A DNA stretch of 64,000 nt from Deltaproteobacteria bacterium. Lineage in GTDB: Bacteria; Desulfobacterota; Syntrophobacteria; BM002. A model generated the notes under the pieces. The model worked only from the letters and a program-made list of their open reading frames with translations, made no database searches and was not told where the DNA came from. The DNA lies in contig JAJDNB010000040.1 in the NCBI GenBank assembly GCA_022340905.1, forward strand, positions 9,603-73,602, given 5' to 3'. Below, in pieces: positions 18,872 to 28,769 of this stretch (positions are counted from its first letter, which is position 1; each line of letters starts with the position of its first letter). A program made the position numbers and the translations under genes.

Positions 18872-19146
18872 GGCAAGCTTCCCGCCCTTGTCACCACATC
18901 AGAAGCAGTGGCACGGGCACCTCTGTTAGTAGGAGTGCTACTTTTTGTACTACTGGAACCCATTTTTTGGCTCTATACATGCCATTCGAATGACATTCTA
19001 TGGGGAACTGTTTGGGGTGTCAAGGAGGTGGCGAATTAAGCCAGGCAGTAGGCAGATGATGGTGTGGACAAGAAAGGGGTCTCTTGTTATATGGAATCTT
19101 TCATGAAACTTTCCCAAGGGAACATCAGTTTGATCGGAGAGCAGCC

Positions 19147-19965
19147 ATGCTAGCACTACTTGTAGACCCAAAAGTCTGGATAAGCCTCTTTTCGGTAACC
19201 TTGGTGCAAATCGCCCTCGGCTCAGACAATCTCATTATTATCACCATCATCGCCAATAAACTGCCAACTGATCAACGCAAAAGGGCCATAAACCTGGGAT
19301 TATTGTTGGCAATGGTATTTCGTATCCTCTTTCTTCTGATAGTTAGCTACGTCCTTACATACTTTACGGGAGTCTTTTTCCAGTTCGACACTCATCAGCC
19401 CCCATGGGCTAGGCTGCATGCTGAGCTAAGTGGCAAGTCAGTTTTACTCTTCTGTGGTGGACTCTTTTTAATTTGGAAAGGGGTGAAAGAATTGCGACTT
19501 AAGTCAAAAGGCTGGGGACACGAGGTGGAGAAAACAGATCGATTCGGTCAGGTCGTTCTTCTCATTGTCGGCATGAATTTACTGTTTTCTGTGGATTCTG
19601 TTTTAACGGTTGTGGGAATGACTGACGTTTTTCTAGTTATGGCTGGATCGGTCATTATTTCGGTAGGACTGATGCTGTTATTTGCCGGGTACATTTCAGA
19701 CTACATGACAAGAAACCCTGACTTTGAGATCCTTGGACTGTTTGTGCTTTTGCTTATTGGGTTTGTTTTATTCTTAGAGGGAGGACACGTTGCCCACTTA
19801 ACCGTGAACGGGAATCTTTTTCCATACATTCCTCAGTGGATCGTCATATTCATTCTTCTCCTTATGTTCTCCGTCGACCTCTATCAGAATTGGCTGGAAC
19901 GGAAAGGCGAGAAGGATCCCATACATTTGCATCGGAGAAGGAAGGCAAGCGTGGTAAAGGGATAG
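19147..19965 (+). CDS. TerC family integral membrane protein
   Basis: LGSDNLIII, LAMVFRILFL, GGLFLIWK, FSVDSVLTVVGMT; GGAG RBS before ATG 19147. Confidence 0.9.
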   Translation: MLALLVDPKVWISLFSVTLVQIALGSDNLIIITIIANKLPTDQRKRAINLGLLLAMVFRILFLLIVSYVLTYFTGVFFQFDTHQPPWARLHAELSGKSVLLFCGGLFLIWKGVKELRLKSKGWGHEVEKTDRFGQVVLLIVGMNLLFSVDSVLTVVGMTDVFLVMAGSVIISVGLMLLFAGYISDYMTRNPDFEILGLFVLLLIGFVLFLEGGHVAHLTVNGNLFPYIPQWIVIFILLLMFSVDLYQNWLERKGEKDPIHLHRRRKASVVKG

Positions 19966-20011
19966 TTTAATGCTCAGCGCACCTTGTTAGTAGCCGACAG
20001 TCGAGAGAATT

Positions 20012-20677
20012 TTACTGAGTGGGAACCGCTTCCTGGCGCTCCACCCGCACTCCTTCTGGTACTTTTAAGGCAAACCAAGAGGGGTCCAATGGTGGATTCA
20101 ACTGAATATTACTGAAGGTTATCTCGTTGATGTTTCCCAATGGATCTTCGGTTTGGATCCCCACTACCTGGTAGGAACGGGGATCTACCCAGAGGGTAAT
20201 CTGGGAAACCGGCGATTCAGCTTCCCTAGGCAATAGCAGTAACCTGTAACGTGGTGGTGGCCCAGATTCACTTGGGAGTTGAGTGATGCTGAACATCTCT
20301 CCCAGCTGCCCCAAGCCAGAGAAGAAACTGAGTACTACAGGAGAATTGATGATCTGCGCAGCATCATAAAGGTATATTGTCTTTTCTTCCGGAACATACA
20401 ACCAGGCCTCATCTTCGTTTATGACAAATTGCTGCCTGGGCTGCTCATAGTCCCAGCGTATGGCACGAGGCTTGAGGAAAAAAAGTCTACCTCTGGCTAA
20501 TGTACCCATACTTGCAGCCTTGGAGCGGGTTTTCTGGGTAAAATCTGCTTCTAAAGAGCGGGTTTCCTCGTATTTTTTCTGTATTTTTTCAATAAGTTCG
20601 GAGGAGGATCCGGCAGAGGGAGCGGCAAGAGCGGAAGAAGTTACAAATGCAACAAAAGCGCAAAGAGCATAGCGCAT
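20012..20677 (-). CDS. lolA: Outer membrane lipoprotein carrier protein
   Basis: Signal peptide, LEADFTQ, KPRAIRWDY..P..Q, ITFSNIQLN; follows ftsK as in the common ftsK-lolA order. Confidence 0.88.
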   Translation of the reverse strand: MRYALCAFVAFVTSSALAAPSAGSSSELIEKIQKKYEETRSLEADFTQKTRSKAASMGTLARGRLFFLKPRAIRWDYEQPRQQFVINEDEAWLYVPEEKTIYLYDAAQIINSPVVLSFFSGLGQLGEMFSITQLPSESGPPPRYRLLLLPREAESPVSQITLWVDPRSYQVVGIQTEDPLGNINEITFSNIQLNPPLDPSWFALKVPEGVRVERQEAVPTQ

Positions 20678-20689
20678 AGCCCAGAAAGT

Positions 20690-20855
20690 TAATTGGTCAA
20701 ATAGTCGATTAGTCAAATGGTTACCACCTTCAAAAGCGTTCACGTCGTTCAAGTCGTAAAAATCGTAAAAAGCTTAGAAACGGTTAAAGACTTCGGAATC
20801 CGCAATCAGAAATTCCGACTTCTGACCTCTGATGTCTGCTCTCTGACCTCTGGGC
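20690..20855. repeat. Composite intergenic repeat, inverted relative to 7387-7500
   Basis: Reverse strand reads cagaggtcaga..cagaggtcaga, gattgcggatt, nonamers acgattttt acgacttga acgacgtga, then ttgactaatcgact. Confidence 0.8.
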
Positions 20856-20856
20856 T

Positions 20857-23010
20857 TCACTTCGGCGGCAGTACCTCCCGAGGCCTGATCCCATCCGTCT
20901 CACTTACCAGACCCTGGCGCTCCATCATCTCAATCATTCGTGCGGCCCGGTTGTATCCCACCCTCAACCTTCTCTGCAGCATGGAAATGGAAGCCTTCCT
21001 GGTTTCCATGACGATCTGGACCGCTTCGTCATACTTTTCATCGATTTCATCATCAATGTCCAGCTCCTCGGGCTTTTCAGCGTAGTTCAAAATCGTGTCG
21101 TCATAGTCGGGTTTTCGCTGTTTCCGCAGGAAGTCAGTCAGATGCTTAATTTCAGATTCCGAAGCAAAGGCACCATGAATGCGCTGTAACTTTGCGGTTC
21201 CCGGAGGTAAGAGGAGCATGTCGCCGGCTCCCAATAAAGCTTCGGCTCCGTTGGCATCGAGAATGGTGCGGGAGTCGGTCCTCGAAGAGACCTGGAAAGA
21301 TATGCGCGCCGGGATATTGGCCTTGATGATGCCGGTGAGTACATCCACCGAAGGCCTTTGGGTGGCAAGGATAAGATGAATCCCCGCAGCTCGTGCCATT
21401 TGAGCAAGACGAATGATGGACTCTTCCACTTCCCGAGAGGCGACCATCATTAAGTCGGCGAGTTCATCAATAATGATGACGAGATAGGGGAGGGGCCCCT
21501 CCTCGTCTCTCTCGAACTCTTCAGTTGATGATCGCCTCAGTTTAGGGATTTTCTCTTTCGATAACACCTGGTTGTAACGCTCTATGCTCCGTACTCCCCG
21601 GAGGGACAGGAGCTCATAACGTTTCTCCATCTCCGCCACCGCCCATTTGAGCGCGGTATTTGCCTTTTTGGGATCGGTAACCACGGGATGAAGCAAATGG
21701 GGTATGGCTTCATAGGAGGAAAGCTCGATCCGTTTGGGGTCTATGAGCAAGAGGCGAACTTCATCAGGGGTGGCTCGATAGAGAAGGCTGATGGTAATGG
21801 CGTTGAGGCAAACGCTTTTTCCGGTGCCGGTGGCACCAGCTATGAGCAGATGAGGCATTCGAGCGAGATCGGTTACCACCGGTTTTCCCATAGTGTCTTT
21901 GCCCAAGGCTAAAATCAACTTGCCTTGAGCATTCCTATACTCCGAGCTATTGACAACCTCCCTTATGACCACCTGTTGGCGGCTGACATTGGGAATTTCT
22001 ATACCCAAAGTCCCTTTCTTGGGAATCGGCGCCACAATTCGAATGCTTGCTGCTTTCAGAGCAAGGGCCAAGTCATCGGCTAAGCTCATAATTTTACTTA
22101 TCTTGACTCCCGGCGCCGGCTTGAATTCGTACATGGTAATAACCGGCCCGGGTGAGACCTCGGTGACTTCTCCCACCACCCCGAAGTCGGCAAGTTTTTT
22201 TTCCAGGAGCCGGGAGTTCATTACCAGGCTTTCTTGGTCCAGCGTCTCCACAGATTGCTCCGGCGGGTCCAGCAGGGCAATGCTTGGAAGCCGAAAATCA
22301 CCCTCCGCTTCCATAAACCTGAACTGAGCCTGTTCAGGTTTATGGTCCTCTGCCTTTTTCTCTTTTTGTTTCTTGACCAGGGGGGTTTTTGCAGGGGCTC
22401 TGAGGTTTGGCTCTCTTTTTAGCTGGCGCTGGTTTCTGATCTTCTGGATCACCTGCCAGAGTTTTGTTAGCCCTGCTTTTAGGGCAACGACCGTGCGGGC
22501 AAGTGAAATTGAAGTTGTCAACAGAATGGCCACTGTGGCTAACAACCAGAGGACCAGATATGCTCCCATGGGCTTGAGATAAAATTGGAGATATTTCCCC
22601 AGCACTAAGCCCAATATGCCTCCACTCCCTGGCAGAGGTTCACCCCAGAGTCTGAGCGTAGGCCAGTAAAGGGTGGCCAAGCCGCTCGAGGAAAGGATGA
22701 GCAAAGCACAACCAAAGGCGAGTAGAAGGGGGTGTGAACCTTCTCGGGGCTGAAAGAGCCAAATAGCTCCGAGAAGAAGGAAAATGGGCAGCCAATATGC
22801 GCTTATTCCCACTGTCACCAAGAGGATAGCCGCAATATTGGCACCAACAATTCCCACCGCATTCTGGATGGGACGCTGACCACCAGAAGCGGTAAATATG
22901 GTTGGATCACTGTTGTGATAGGTGACCAGACTGAGAAAGAGCAATAGCGCCAGCCCCAAAAGGCAGAGTGCGGTGATTTCCCTTGCTTTAGGGTCTAATT
23001 TGGACAACAT
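20857..23010 (-). CDS. ftsK: DNA translocase FtsK
   Basis: 4TM N-domain, MPHLLIAGATGTGKS, IIIDELADLMM, RLAQMARAAGIHL..ATQRPS, gamma domain SISMLQRRLRVGYNRAAR. Confidence 0.98.
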   Translation of the reverse strand: MLSKLDPKAREITALCLLGLALLLFLSLVTYHNSDPTIFTASGGQRPIQNAVGIVGANIAAILLVTVGISAYWLPIFLLLGAIWLFQPREGSHPLLLAFGCALLILSSSGLATLYWPTLRLWGEPLPGSGGILGLVLGKYLQFYLKPMGAYLVLWLLATVAILLTTSISLARTVVALKAGLTKLWQVIQKIRNQRQLKREPNLRAPAKTPLVKKQKEKKAEDHKPEQAQFRFMEAEGDFRLPSIALLDPPEQSVETLDQESLVMNSRLLEKKLADFGVVGEVTEVSPGPVITMYEFKPAPGVKISKIMSLADDLALALKAASIRIVAPIPKKGTLGIEIPNVSRQQVVIREVVNSSEYRNAQGKLILALGKDTMGKPVVTDLARMPHLLIAGATGTGKSVCLNAITISLLYRATPDEVRLLLIDPKRIELSSYEAIPHLLHPVVTDPKKANTALKWAVAEMEKRYELLSLRGVRSIERYNQVLSKEKIPKLRRSSTEEFERDEEGPLPYLVIIIDELADLMMVASREVEESIIRLAQMARAAGIHLILATQRPSVDVLTGIIKANIPARISFQVSSRTDSRTILDANGAEALLGAGDMLLLPPGTAKLQRIHGAFASESEIKHLTDFLRKQRKPDYDDTILNYAEKPEELDIDDEIDEKYDEAVQIVMETRKASISMLQRRLRVGYNRAARMIEMMERQGLVSETDGIRPREVLPPK

Positions 23011-23113
23011 ATATCTGTCTGTCGCTTTCTATATCTCAGCCCGGCTTTAGAACAAAAGACCCATTTTTCGCCTCTTTCTCGAGAGAGGCGCGAAGAGGAG
23101 GAATTTTCAACTC

Positions 23114-23142
23114 TTCATACTAGAGGTTACATTCGCTGTCAA
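23114..23142 (-). promoter_or_regulatory. Putative sigma70 promoter of ftsK
   Basis: Minus strand TTGACA, 17 nt, TATGAA. Confidence 0.45.
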
Positions 23143-23345
23143 CCGCGGCACCTTACACCCTAGACCCTATGAAGTAACCACCTGGAAGTAAACCTCAACA
23201 GGAGCAGTGGACAGAGGGGGGGCAGTACGGTCACAAAAAAGAGCTCCCAATTCAACCGTGGTTCGCTGAGACCGCCGAGGTCTATTTTCTGGTACTTCCG
23301 GAAGTGCCACGGGGTAAAAAGTCTGAATCCTTCATCACCTGTGGT

Positions 23346-24110
23346 TCATAAAACTTCTGCGTCCGCCACGAAAGGTTGGTTCCTTATGGGTTCGGGTTGG
23401 CCCTTCTCCTCGGGAGGCAGATTTTCTTGAATCCTCCGGCGAATTTCGGAGATCAACCAATCTCTATTTTTTGCAGTGATATCCTTGGTGGGTACAGGCT
23501 CGCCAATATATACCTTTACCAACTGAGGGCGAACCCTGAATCCCTTTTTGGGAAGAATTGCAAAAGCTCCGCTTATGCTCACCGGAACGATGGGACGCTT
23601 GGATTTGATGGCTAGGTGAAAACCTCCCTTCTTAAAAGATTGAAGTTTGCCGTCCAAGCTCCGGGTTCCTTCAGGGAAAATTACAACAGAGGTTCCTTCC
23701 CGAACTTTGGTGGCCGCTTGGTCAATACTTTTGAAGGCCTCTCTTCGGTTACTACGGTCAATGGAGATGTATCCAGCGGTTTTCATGGCAGTACCGAAGA
23801 TGGGAATGCGAAAGAGCTCTTTTTTAGCGAGCCAGCGAAACTGGGTGGGAAGGTGTCCGAGCAAGGTGAAGATATCGAATTGACTTTGATGGTTAGCAGC
23901 AAACACATACGCTTCTTGCGGGTTGATATTGTCCAGCCCCTCCACCTGGACTTTCACCCCTGCGGCAAAGAGCATGATCCGGGACCACAGCCGCCCTACC
24001 AGATGAGAAGCATTGCCACCGCGACTCACGAGAGCGGCACAGATACACATAAGACTGCAAAGTACAGTTACGAGAAACAGTGTAATATAGAACAGCAAAG
24101 AACGAAACAT
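23346..24110 (-). CDS. plsC: 1-acyl-sn-glycerol-3-phosphate acyltransferase
   Basis: ANHQSQFDI, LAKKELF, IFPEGTRS, FKKGGF. Confidence 0.9.
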   Translation of the reverse strand: MFRSLLFYITLFLVTVLCSLMCICAALVSRGGNASHLVGRLWSRIMLFAAGVKVQVEGLDNINPQEAYVFAANHQSQFDIFTLLGHLPTQFRWLAKKELFRIPIFGTAMKTAGYISIDRSNRREAFKSIDQAATKVREGTSVVIFPEGTRSLDGKLQSFKKGGFHLAIKSKRPIVPVSISGAFAILPKKGFRVRPQLVKVYIGEPVPTKDITAKNRDWLISEIRRRIQENLPPEEKGQPEPIRNQPFVADAEVL

Positions 24111-24127
24111 TTTCCAACCTGGACGCT

Positions 24128-24205
24128 TAGCCCGGGTATTTCACCAACCATTGTCCCCTCTATCCTTGGGGTCTGACGAGGCCATATGGCGATATATCCG
24201 AGCTG
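24128..24205. mobile_element. Degenerate short copy of the TAGCCCGG-family element
   Basis: Arms tagcccgggtatttcacca and tggcgatatatccgagctg, 14/19 complementary. Confidence 0.45.
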
Positions 24206-24430
24206 GGAAATTTCCAGGTATGTTAAAATGATTGGTACTCTTCGTCAAGCTTGTTGCTGTGTATTTCTTTGCTTGATTTGGCTTAACAGAATTGATAATT
24301 TTAAAGTTCACACGGCGCATGAAGAAGGTGTCGTTTTTATCTTAACTAATGGCTCTTGGGTATTTTGTGGGATAGGATGCCCCTCCCTCCGACCTGAGAG
24401 AGCTATTTTTTTGAATATGAGATCCTATTT

Positions 24431-25093
24431 GTGCGTTATTATCCTATTTTCCTCAAAGTAGAGAGCCAGATCTGTCTGGTTGTGGGTGGCGGAGAAGTGG
24501 GGGCACGCAAGGTTAAGACTCTCCTAAGCTGCGGGGCGTCGGTGGCCTTGGTCTCGCCTCAGGTAGTGGATTGGCTGGATGAGAAGATCCGAGAAGGGGT
24601 GGTTGAGCTTCGGGGAAAACATTATCAAGAAAAACATCTCGAAGGGTGCTTCCTGGTGATTGCTGCTACCGACGACCTGGAGCTCAACCGGAGAATTGCC
24701 AAAGATGCAGAAACACGTGGGCTTCTCTGTAACGTGGTCGACTATCCTCAAGAGGGCAATTTCATCCTCCCCGCCCTGATCCAACGGGGCGCTCTAACTG
24801 TGGCTATCTCCACTGCGGGTAAGAGCCCGGCTCTAGCGCGCCAAATCCGTGAGGAACTAGAGCTCCGTTTCGGGCCAGAATACGCTGACTTTCTTGAGAT
24901 AATGGGAGCGGTGCGGACTCGATTGCTCAGGGAGAGCCCTGATTCTGGAAGAAACAAGGAAAAATTCGATGGGCTGGTAAAATCAGACTTGCTTGAGATG
25001 GTGAGAAGACGAGACTTTGCGGCTGTGGATACCATTTTGCAGAAAGTTTTGGGAGCCGACTATTCGCTCGAAGGGTTGGAGGTTTCGCGGTGA
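24431..25093 (+). CDS. Precorrin-2 dehydrogenase/sirohydrochlorin ferrochelatase (CysG N-terminal, SirC/Met8-like)
   Basis: YYPIFL, VVGGGEVGARK, VIAATDD, CNVVD, VAISTAGKSPALAR. Confidence 0.92.
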   Translation: MRYYPIFLKVESQICLVVGGGEVGARKVKTLLSCGASVALVSPQVVDWLDEKIREGVVELRGKHYQEKHLEGCFLVIAATDDLELNRRIAKDAETRGLLCNVVDYPQEGNFILPALIQRGALTVAISTAGKSPALARQIREELELRFGPEYADFLEIMGAVRTRLLRESPDSGRNKEKFDGLVKSDLLEMVRRRDFAAVDTILQKVLGADYSLEGLEVSR

Positions 25094-25920
25094 ATGAGCC
25101 CCTTTTTCTTTTCTCAGTTATAACCACATTGCTTTATTCAGTAGGGACGGTTGGCTATCTCATTTACGTTGTTCGTACAGAATTGATTATACACCGAATT
25201 GCGTACGCTTTTCTTTTAGCAGGATTTATTAGTCACACTATTGGTTTTGCTATACTTATAGGGCAGACAAAGCAAATGCCGATAACCACCCTGCCCCAGA
25301 CTTTTTCATTTTTTGCCTGGGCCATTGTGGGGAGCTATCTCGCCTTCCAGTTGAAATTTAACATCCGCGTTTTTGGCACTTTCGTCTCACCATTGGCGGT
25401 AATTTTCATGATCCTTTCATCTGCCATTCCGAGCAAGATAATTCCCACAAGCCGACTGTTCAGTAGCTTCTGGTTGACCCTCCATGTGACGACAATCTTT
25501 ATTGGTAATGCCATTTTTGCCCTGGCTTTCTGCGCCGGCATTATGTACCTGCTCCAAGAACGACAGATTAAGACAAAAAGTTTTGGACTTCTCTATCGGC
25601 GACTGCCCTCTCTAGAAACGCTGGATTCACTCAACTCTGTTTGCCTCACTTTCGGTTTTCCTCTTATCACTGTCGGGCTTATATCAGGTTTCGTTTATGC
25701 CGGTGCTGTCTTGCGCTCCTTCTGGCATTGGGACCCCAAGGAAATTCTTGCCGTGATCACCTGGCTGATCTATGCGGTGTTACTCCATGAACGGTTGGCT
25801 GTGGGATGGCGCGGACGGCGGGCAGCGATCATGGCGATTGTGGGGTTCAGTGTTATTTTGGTGACCTTTGTAGGCGCCACTCTCCTCCTCAAGGGTCATC
25901 ACAGTTTTATGCGTGGTTAG
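25090..25920 (+). CDS. ccsA: Cytochrome c biogenesis protein (CcsA/CcsB family)
   Basis: About 8 TM helices, WLTLHV, WWD-like WHWDPKE, TWLIY; GTGA overlap with the upstream gene. Confidence 0.9.
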   Translation: MNEPLFLFSVITTLLYSVGTVGYLIYVVRTELIIHRIAYAFLLAGFISHTIGFAILIGQTKQMPITTLPQTFSFFAWAIVGSYLAFQLKFNIRVFGTFVSPLAVIFMILSSAIPSKIIPTSRLFSSFWLTLHVTTIFIGNAIFALAFCAGIMYLLQERQIKTKSFGLLYRRLPSLETLDSLNSVCLTFGFPLITVGLISGFVYAGAVLRSFWHWDPKEILAVITWLIYAVLLHERLAVGWRGRRAAIMAIVGFSVILVTFVGATLLLKGHHSFMRG

Positions 25921-25929
25921 TCAAACACT

Positions 25930-27258
25930 ATGGATCGTATTGTTCTCATAGGATTAAACCATAAAACCGCTCCAGTGGAGATCCGGGAGAGGTTCAATAT
26001 CGTTTGCGTTGATAGCACCGGGCCGCTGTCTGATCTTGCCCGAATTCGTTCACTGAAGGAGTCTTTTTATCTCTCCACCTGTAACCGTATGGAGGTGCTA
26101 TTCACCACCCCAAGATTGGATGAGGGCATTGGCAGTGTGGTGGGTTTGCTGGCGGAAATTTATGGTCAGACCGGAGCGGCGCTGAAGCCCTATCTCTACA
26201 TTCATATTGACCAAGACGCCGTTAAACACCTGTTTAGGGTTGCATGCAGTCTGGATTCCATGGTGGTAGGTGAACCTCAGATTCTGGGACAGATCAAGGA
26301 TGCCTATCGCCAGGCTACCGAAGCCAAAGCACCTGGAGTAGTCCTTAACCGACTTCTGCACAAGTCATTTTCTGTAGCCAAGCGAGTACGCACGGAGACC
26401 CGAATAGGAAGTAGCGCGGTTTCGATCAGCTATGCAGCAGTGGAGCTTGCCAAAAAGATATTCGGAGAACTGCAGGGAAAAACTGCACTGCTCATAGGGG
26501 CCGGAGAGATGGCTGAACTTGCTGCCGAACATCTCATTTCCAATGGGGTTGAGCGGATTGTCGTTGCCAACCGCACTCTCGAGAGGGCCCTCGCCTTGGC
26601 CAGAAGGTTTAGCGGCGCTACAGTACCCTGGGAGGAATTAGTGGAGGAGCTGAGAAAGACTGACATAATCGTCAGCTCCACCGGTTCACCCGACCTCATT
26701 TTGACTCGCGAGCAAGTGAGGAAGCGGATGAGGGCCAGGCGCAACCGGCCACTGTTTTTCATTGACATTGCTGTGCCCCGTGATATCGACCCCGAAGTAA
26801 ACCGCATAGACAACGTATATCTTTATAATATCGATGACTTGCAAGGTATCGTCGAGATTAATCGGGCCGAGCGCATTAAAGAGGCAGCGAGAGCAGAGCA
26901 CATTATTTCAGCTGAGGCACTGAAGTTTGATGCTTGGCTGCGAACCCTCGAGGTTGTTCCCACCATTGTGTCCTTGCGAGAGAAAGCGGAGCAGATTAGG
27001 GAGGCCGAAATTCACAAGACTCTGAGCAACCTCAATTCACTCTCTTCAGGGGAAGTTGAGGCCATTCATGTTTTGACTCGGTCCGTAGTCAACAAATTGC
27101 TTCATGACCCCATTCTTTTTCTTAAACGCATCAGCACCAGGTCTCGAAAAGACTTTTATTTGGATGTCACCCGTAAATTGTTTCATCTGGATAAAGACCA
27201 GTCAGAGACCAATGAGGGAGAGGATCAGCTATCGCTTGATTCGGACAAGGTGTCGTGA
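25930..27258 (+). CDS. hemA: Glutamyl-tRNA reductase
   Basis: GLNHKTAPVEIRE, STCNRME, SLDSMVVGEPQILGQ, IGAGEM, DIAVPRDI. Confidence 0.98.
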   Translation: MDRIVLIGLNHKTAPVEIRERFNIVCVDSTGPLSDLARIRSLKESFYLSTCNRMEVLFTTPRLDEGIGSVVGLLAEIYGQTGAALKPYLYIHIDQDAVKHLFRVACSLDSMVVGEPQILGQIKDAYRQATEAKAPGVVLNRLLHKSFSVAKRVRTETRIGSSAVSISYAAVELAKKIFGELQGKTALLIGAGEMAELAAEHLISNGVERIVVANRTLERALALARRFSGATVPWEELVEELRKTDIIVSSTGSPDLILTREQVRKRMRARRNRPLFFIDIAVPRDIDPEVNRIDNVYLYNIDDLQGIVEINRAERIKEAARAEHIISAEALKFDAWLRTLEVVPTIVSLREKAEQIREAEIHKTLSNLNSLSSGEVEAIHVLTRSVVNKLLHDPILFLKRISTRSRKDFYLDVTRKLFHLDKDQSETNEGEDQLSLDSDKVS

Positions 27259-27312
27259 TAGTGTGGAAATTACCACAACCTTTGAACTCTAATCGAAGAG
27301 CGGAGGGCGGGC

Positions 27313-27702
27313 TTGGCAGACATCATTGAATTGGAAAAGAGGCGCCAACGGCAACAAAGAGAGAAAACCCACGGGCTGAACGAAGAAAAGCTCGAGGTAC
27401 TGAAAAAGGTCCTGCAATGCACCCGTTGTCAGCTAAAATGTGCTAGGTGTGGCAGCCAAATGATGGAAGTTGAGGATACAAGGCATTCCTCCTTGCCTTA
27501 TCCACTGTGCGCAGGCTGTGGTGACGAATATAAGGTTTATCTCGAACTCGCTGCGGGAAAGTCGGGAGGCGGTCGCTACTGGCATAATCAGGAATGGATG
27601 GAAATCTGGCGTACCTGGTTGCAGCATCAAAAAGCTCTGGACCAGTACCGCGACTCTAAAGAGTTCATCAAACTATTGCATGAGTTCGAGGCTTTGTGGT
27701 AG
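27313..27702 (+). CDS. Hypothetical Cys-rich putative metal-binding protein
   Basis: GGAGG RBS with TTG start; three CxxC pairs (CTRC, CARC, CAGC); Trp-rich C-terminus. Confidence 0.75.
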   Translation: MADIIELEKRRQRQQREKTHGLNEEKLEVLKKVLQCTRCQLKCARCGSQMMEVEDTRHSSLPYPLCAGCGDEYKVYLELAAGKSGGGRYWHNQEWMEIWRTWLQHQKALDQYRDSKEFIKLLHEFEALW

Positions 27703-27735
27703 GAACCGGTAGTCGACCATAAGAAGGAGCAAAAT

Positions 27736-27936
27736 ATGATTGGTGGAATCGGTATGCCAGAACTGCTGGTGATCCTGGTGATTATCTTAATAATTTTTGG
27801 TGCTGGCAAGCTACCAGAAATTGGTGCAGGTCTCGGCAAGGGTATCAAGAATTTCAAGAAGGCATCATCTGGCACGGATGAGGTAGAAAACAAAAGCGAA
27901 AAACCTAAGATCGAGGAGAAGCAGGAAGAGGTCTAA
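27736..27936 (+). CDS. tatA: Twin-arginine translocase subunit TatA/E
   Basis: [39 protein letters not shown]; AAGGAG RBS. Confidence 0.97.
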   Translation: MIGGIGMPELLVILVIILIIFGAGKLPEIGAGLGKGIKNFKKASSGTDEVENKSEKPKIEEKQEEV

Positions 27937-28190
27937 CTACATCAGCAAAAGCAACTGCGGCTAGACTGAAGGTCTAGCTGGATCTGACCTAATTACCCCA
28001 AGCAGGACTTTGCCCAGTCCCAGGCGCAAACCTACCAACCTATCTTGGAAGCCCAAAATCTTCACCCCGATGTCAGATGAATAGCGATTATCCACTTCCC
28101 GTCGCTGCGCTCTGGAATAGTGGTCTGATCCTCAGGCCCACACCGCATGGGGTACTGGAAACAAGTAGACTCCCAGCTCAGCGGCCTGAT

Positions 28191-28219
28191 GACAGCAATT
28201 CATGAAATATCCGGGCTAG
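28191..28219. mobile_element. Right end of the TAGCCCGG-family MITE, abutting the ssb stop codon
   Basis: 24/28 identity to 31466-31493; the terminal CTA (28216-28218) is the ssb TAG stop on the minus strand. Confidence 0.7.
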
Positions 28220-28632
28220 AAGGGAATATCGTCATCCGGTTCAGGTAGGTCTGGTGCGCCCACATCGGCCGGGGACAAATCCGGTTCGGAGGAGGTTTCG
28301 CGGGGACCACCCAGCATTTGCATACCGGAAGCGACAATTTCCGTGGTCCAACGCTTGTTACCGTCTCGGTCTTCCCAAGAACGGGTTTGCAGGCGCCCCT
28401 CAATGAATATCTGCCTGCCTTTAGTCAAATACTCTCCGCAAATTTCTGCCAGCCGTCCCCAGGCAATGATCCGATGCCACTCGGTCCTTTCTCCCTTTTC
28501 TCCTTCTTTGTTGGTCCAAACCTCGTGGGTAGCCAACCTTATAGTAGCTTTGGCAGTCCCGCTAGGAGTGTAACTGAGCTCTGGATCTGCACCCAAGTTC
28601 CCAATCAAAAGCACACGATTTAATGACGCCAT
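28216..28632 (-). CDS. ssb: Single-stranded DNA-binding protein
   Basis: [31 protein letters not shown], acidic DDDIPF tail; GGGAGG RBS before ATG 28632. Confidence 0.98.
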   Translation of the reverse strand: MASLNRVLLIGNLGADPELSYTPSGTAKATIRLATHEVWTNKEGEKGERTEWHRIIAWGRLAEICGEYLTKGRQIFIEGRLQTRSWEDRDGNKRWTTEIVASGMQMLGGPRETSSEPDLSPADVGAPDLPEPDDDIPF

Positions 28633-28769
28633 TTTCACCCTCCCTTTGCGCTGTGACGATTCTACCATATATAATCAGGAGAACAAGGAGGAAATGGGAC
28701 TGGGGTTGGCAGAATTCTTGCTTATACAGATAGGGGTTTCCGCAGAAATGAAATGACGGCAGGGAGGGT

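Noticed and set aside
18872-19146. yybP-ykoY manganese riboswitch before the TerC gene
   Set aside because: Expected for some TerC genes, but the conserved motifs were not found; only a small ACAAGA/TCTTGT hairpin
24206-24430. Rex or Fur operator before the sirC-ccsA-hemA genes
   Set aside because: Only partial half-sites (TTCACA, GATAAT); no proper palindrome
27937-28190. SRP RNA or other structural RNA between tatA and ssb
   Set aside because: No SRP domain IV motif seen; region contains a GCTAGAC/GTCTAGC hairpin and degenerate MITE-like sequence
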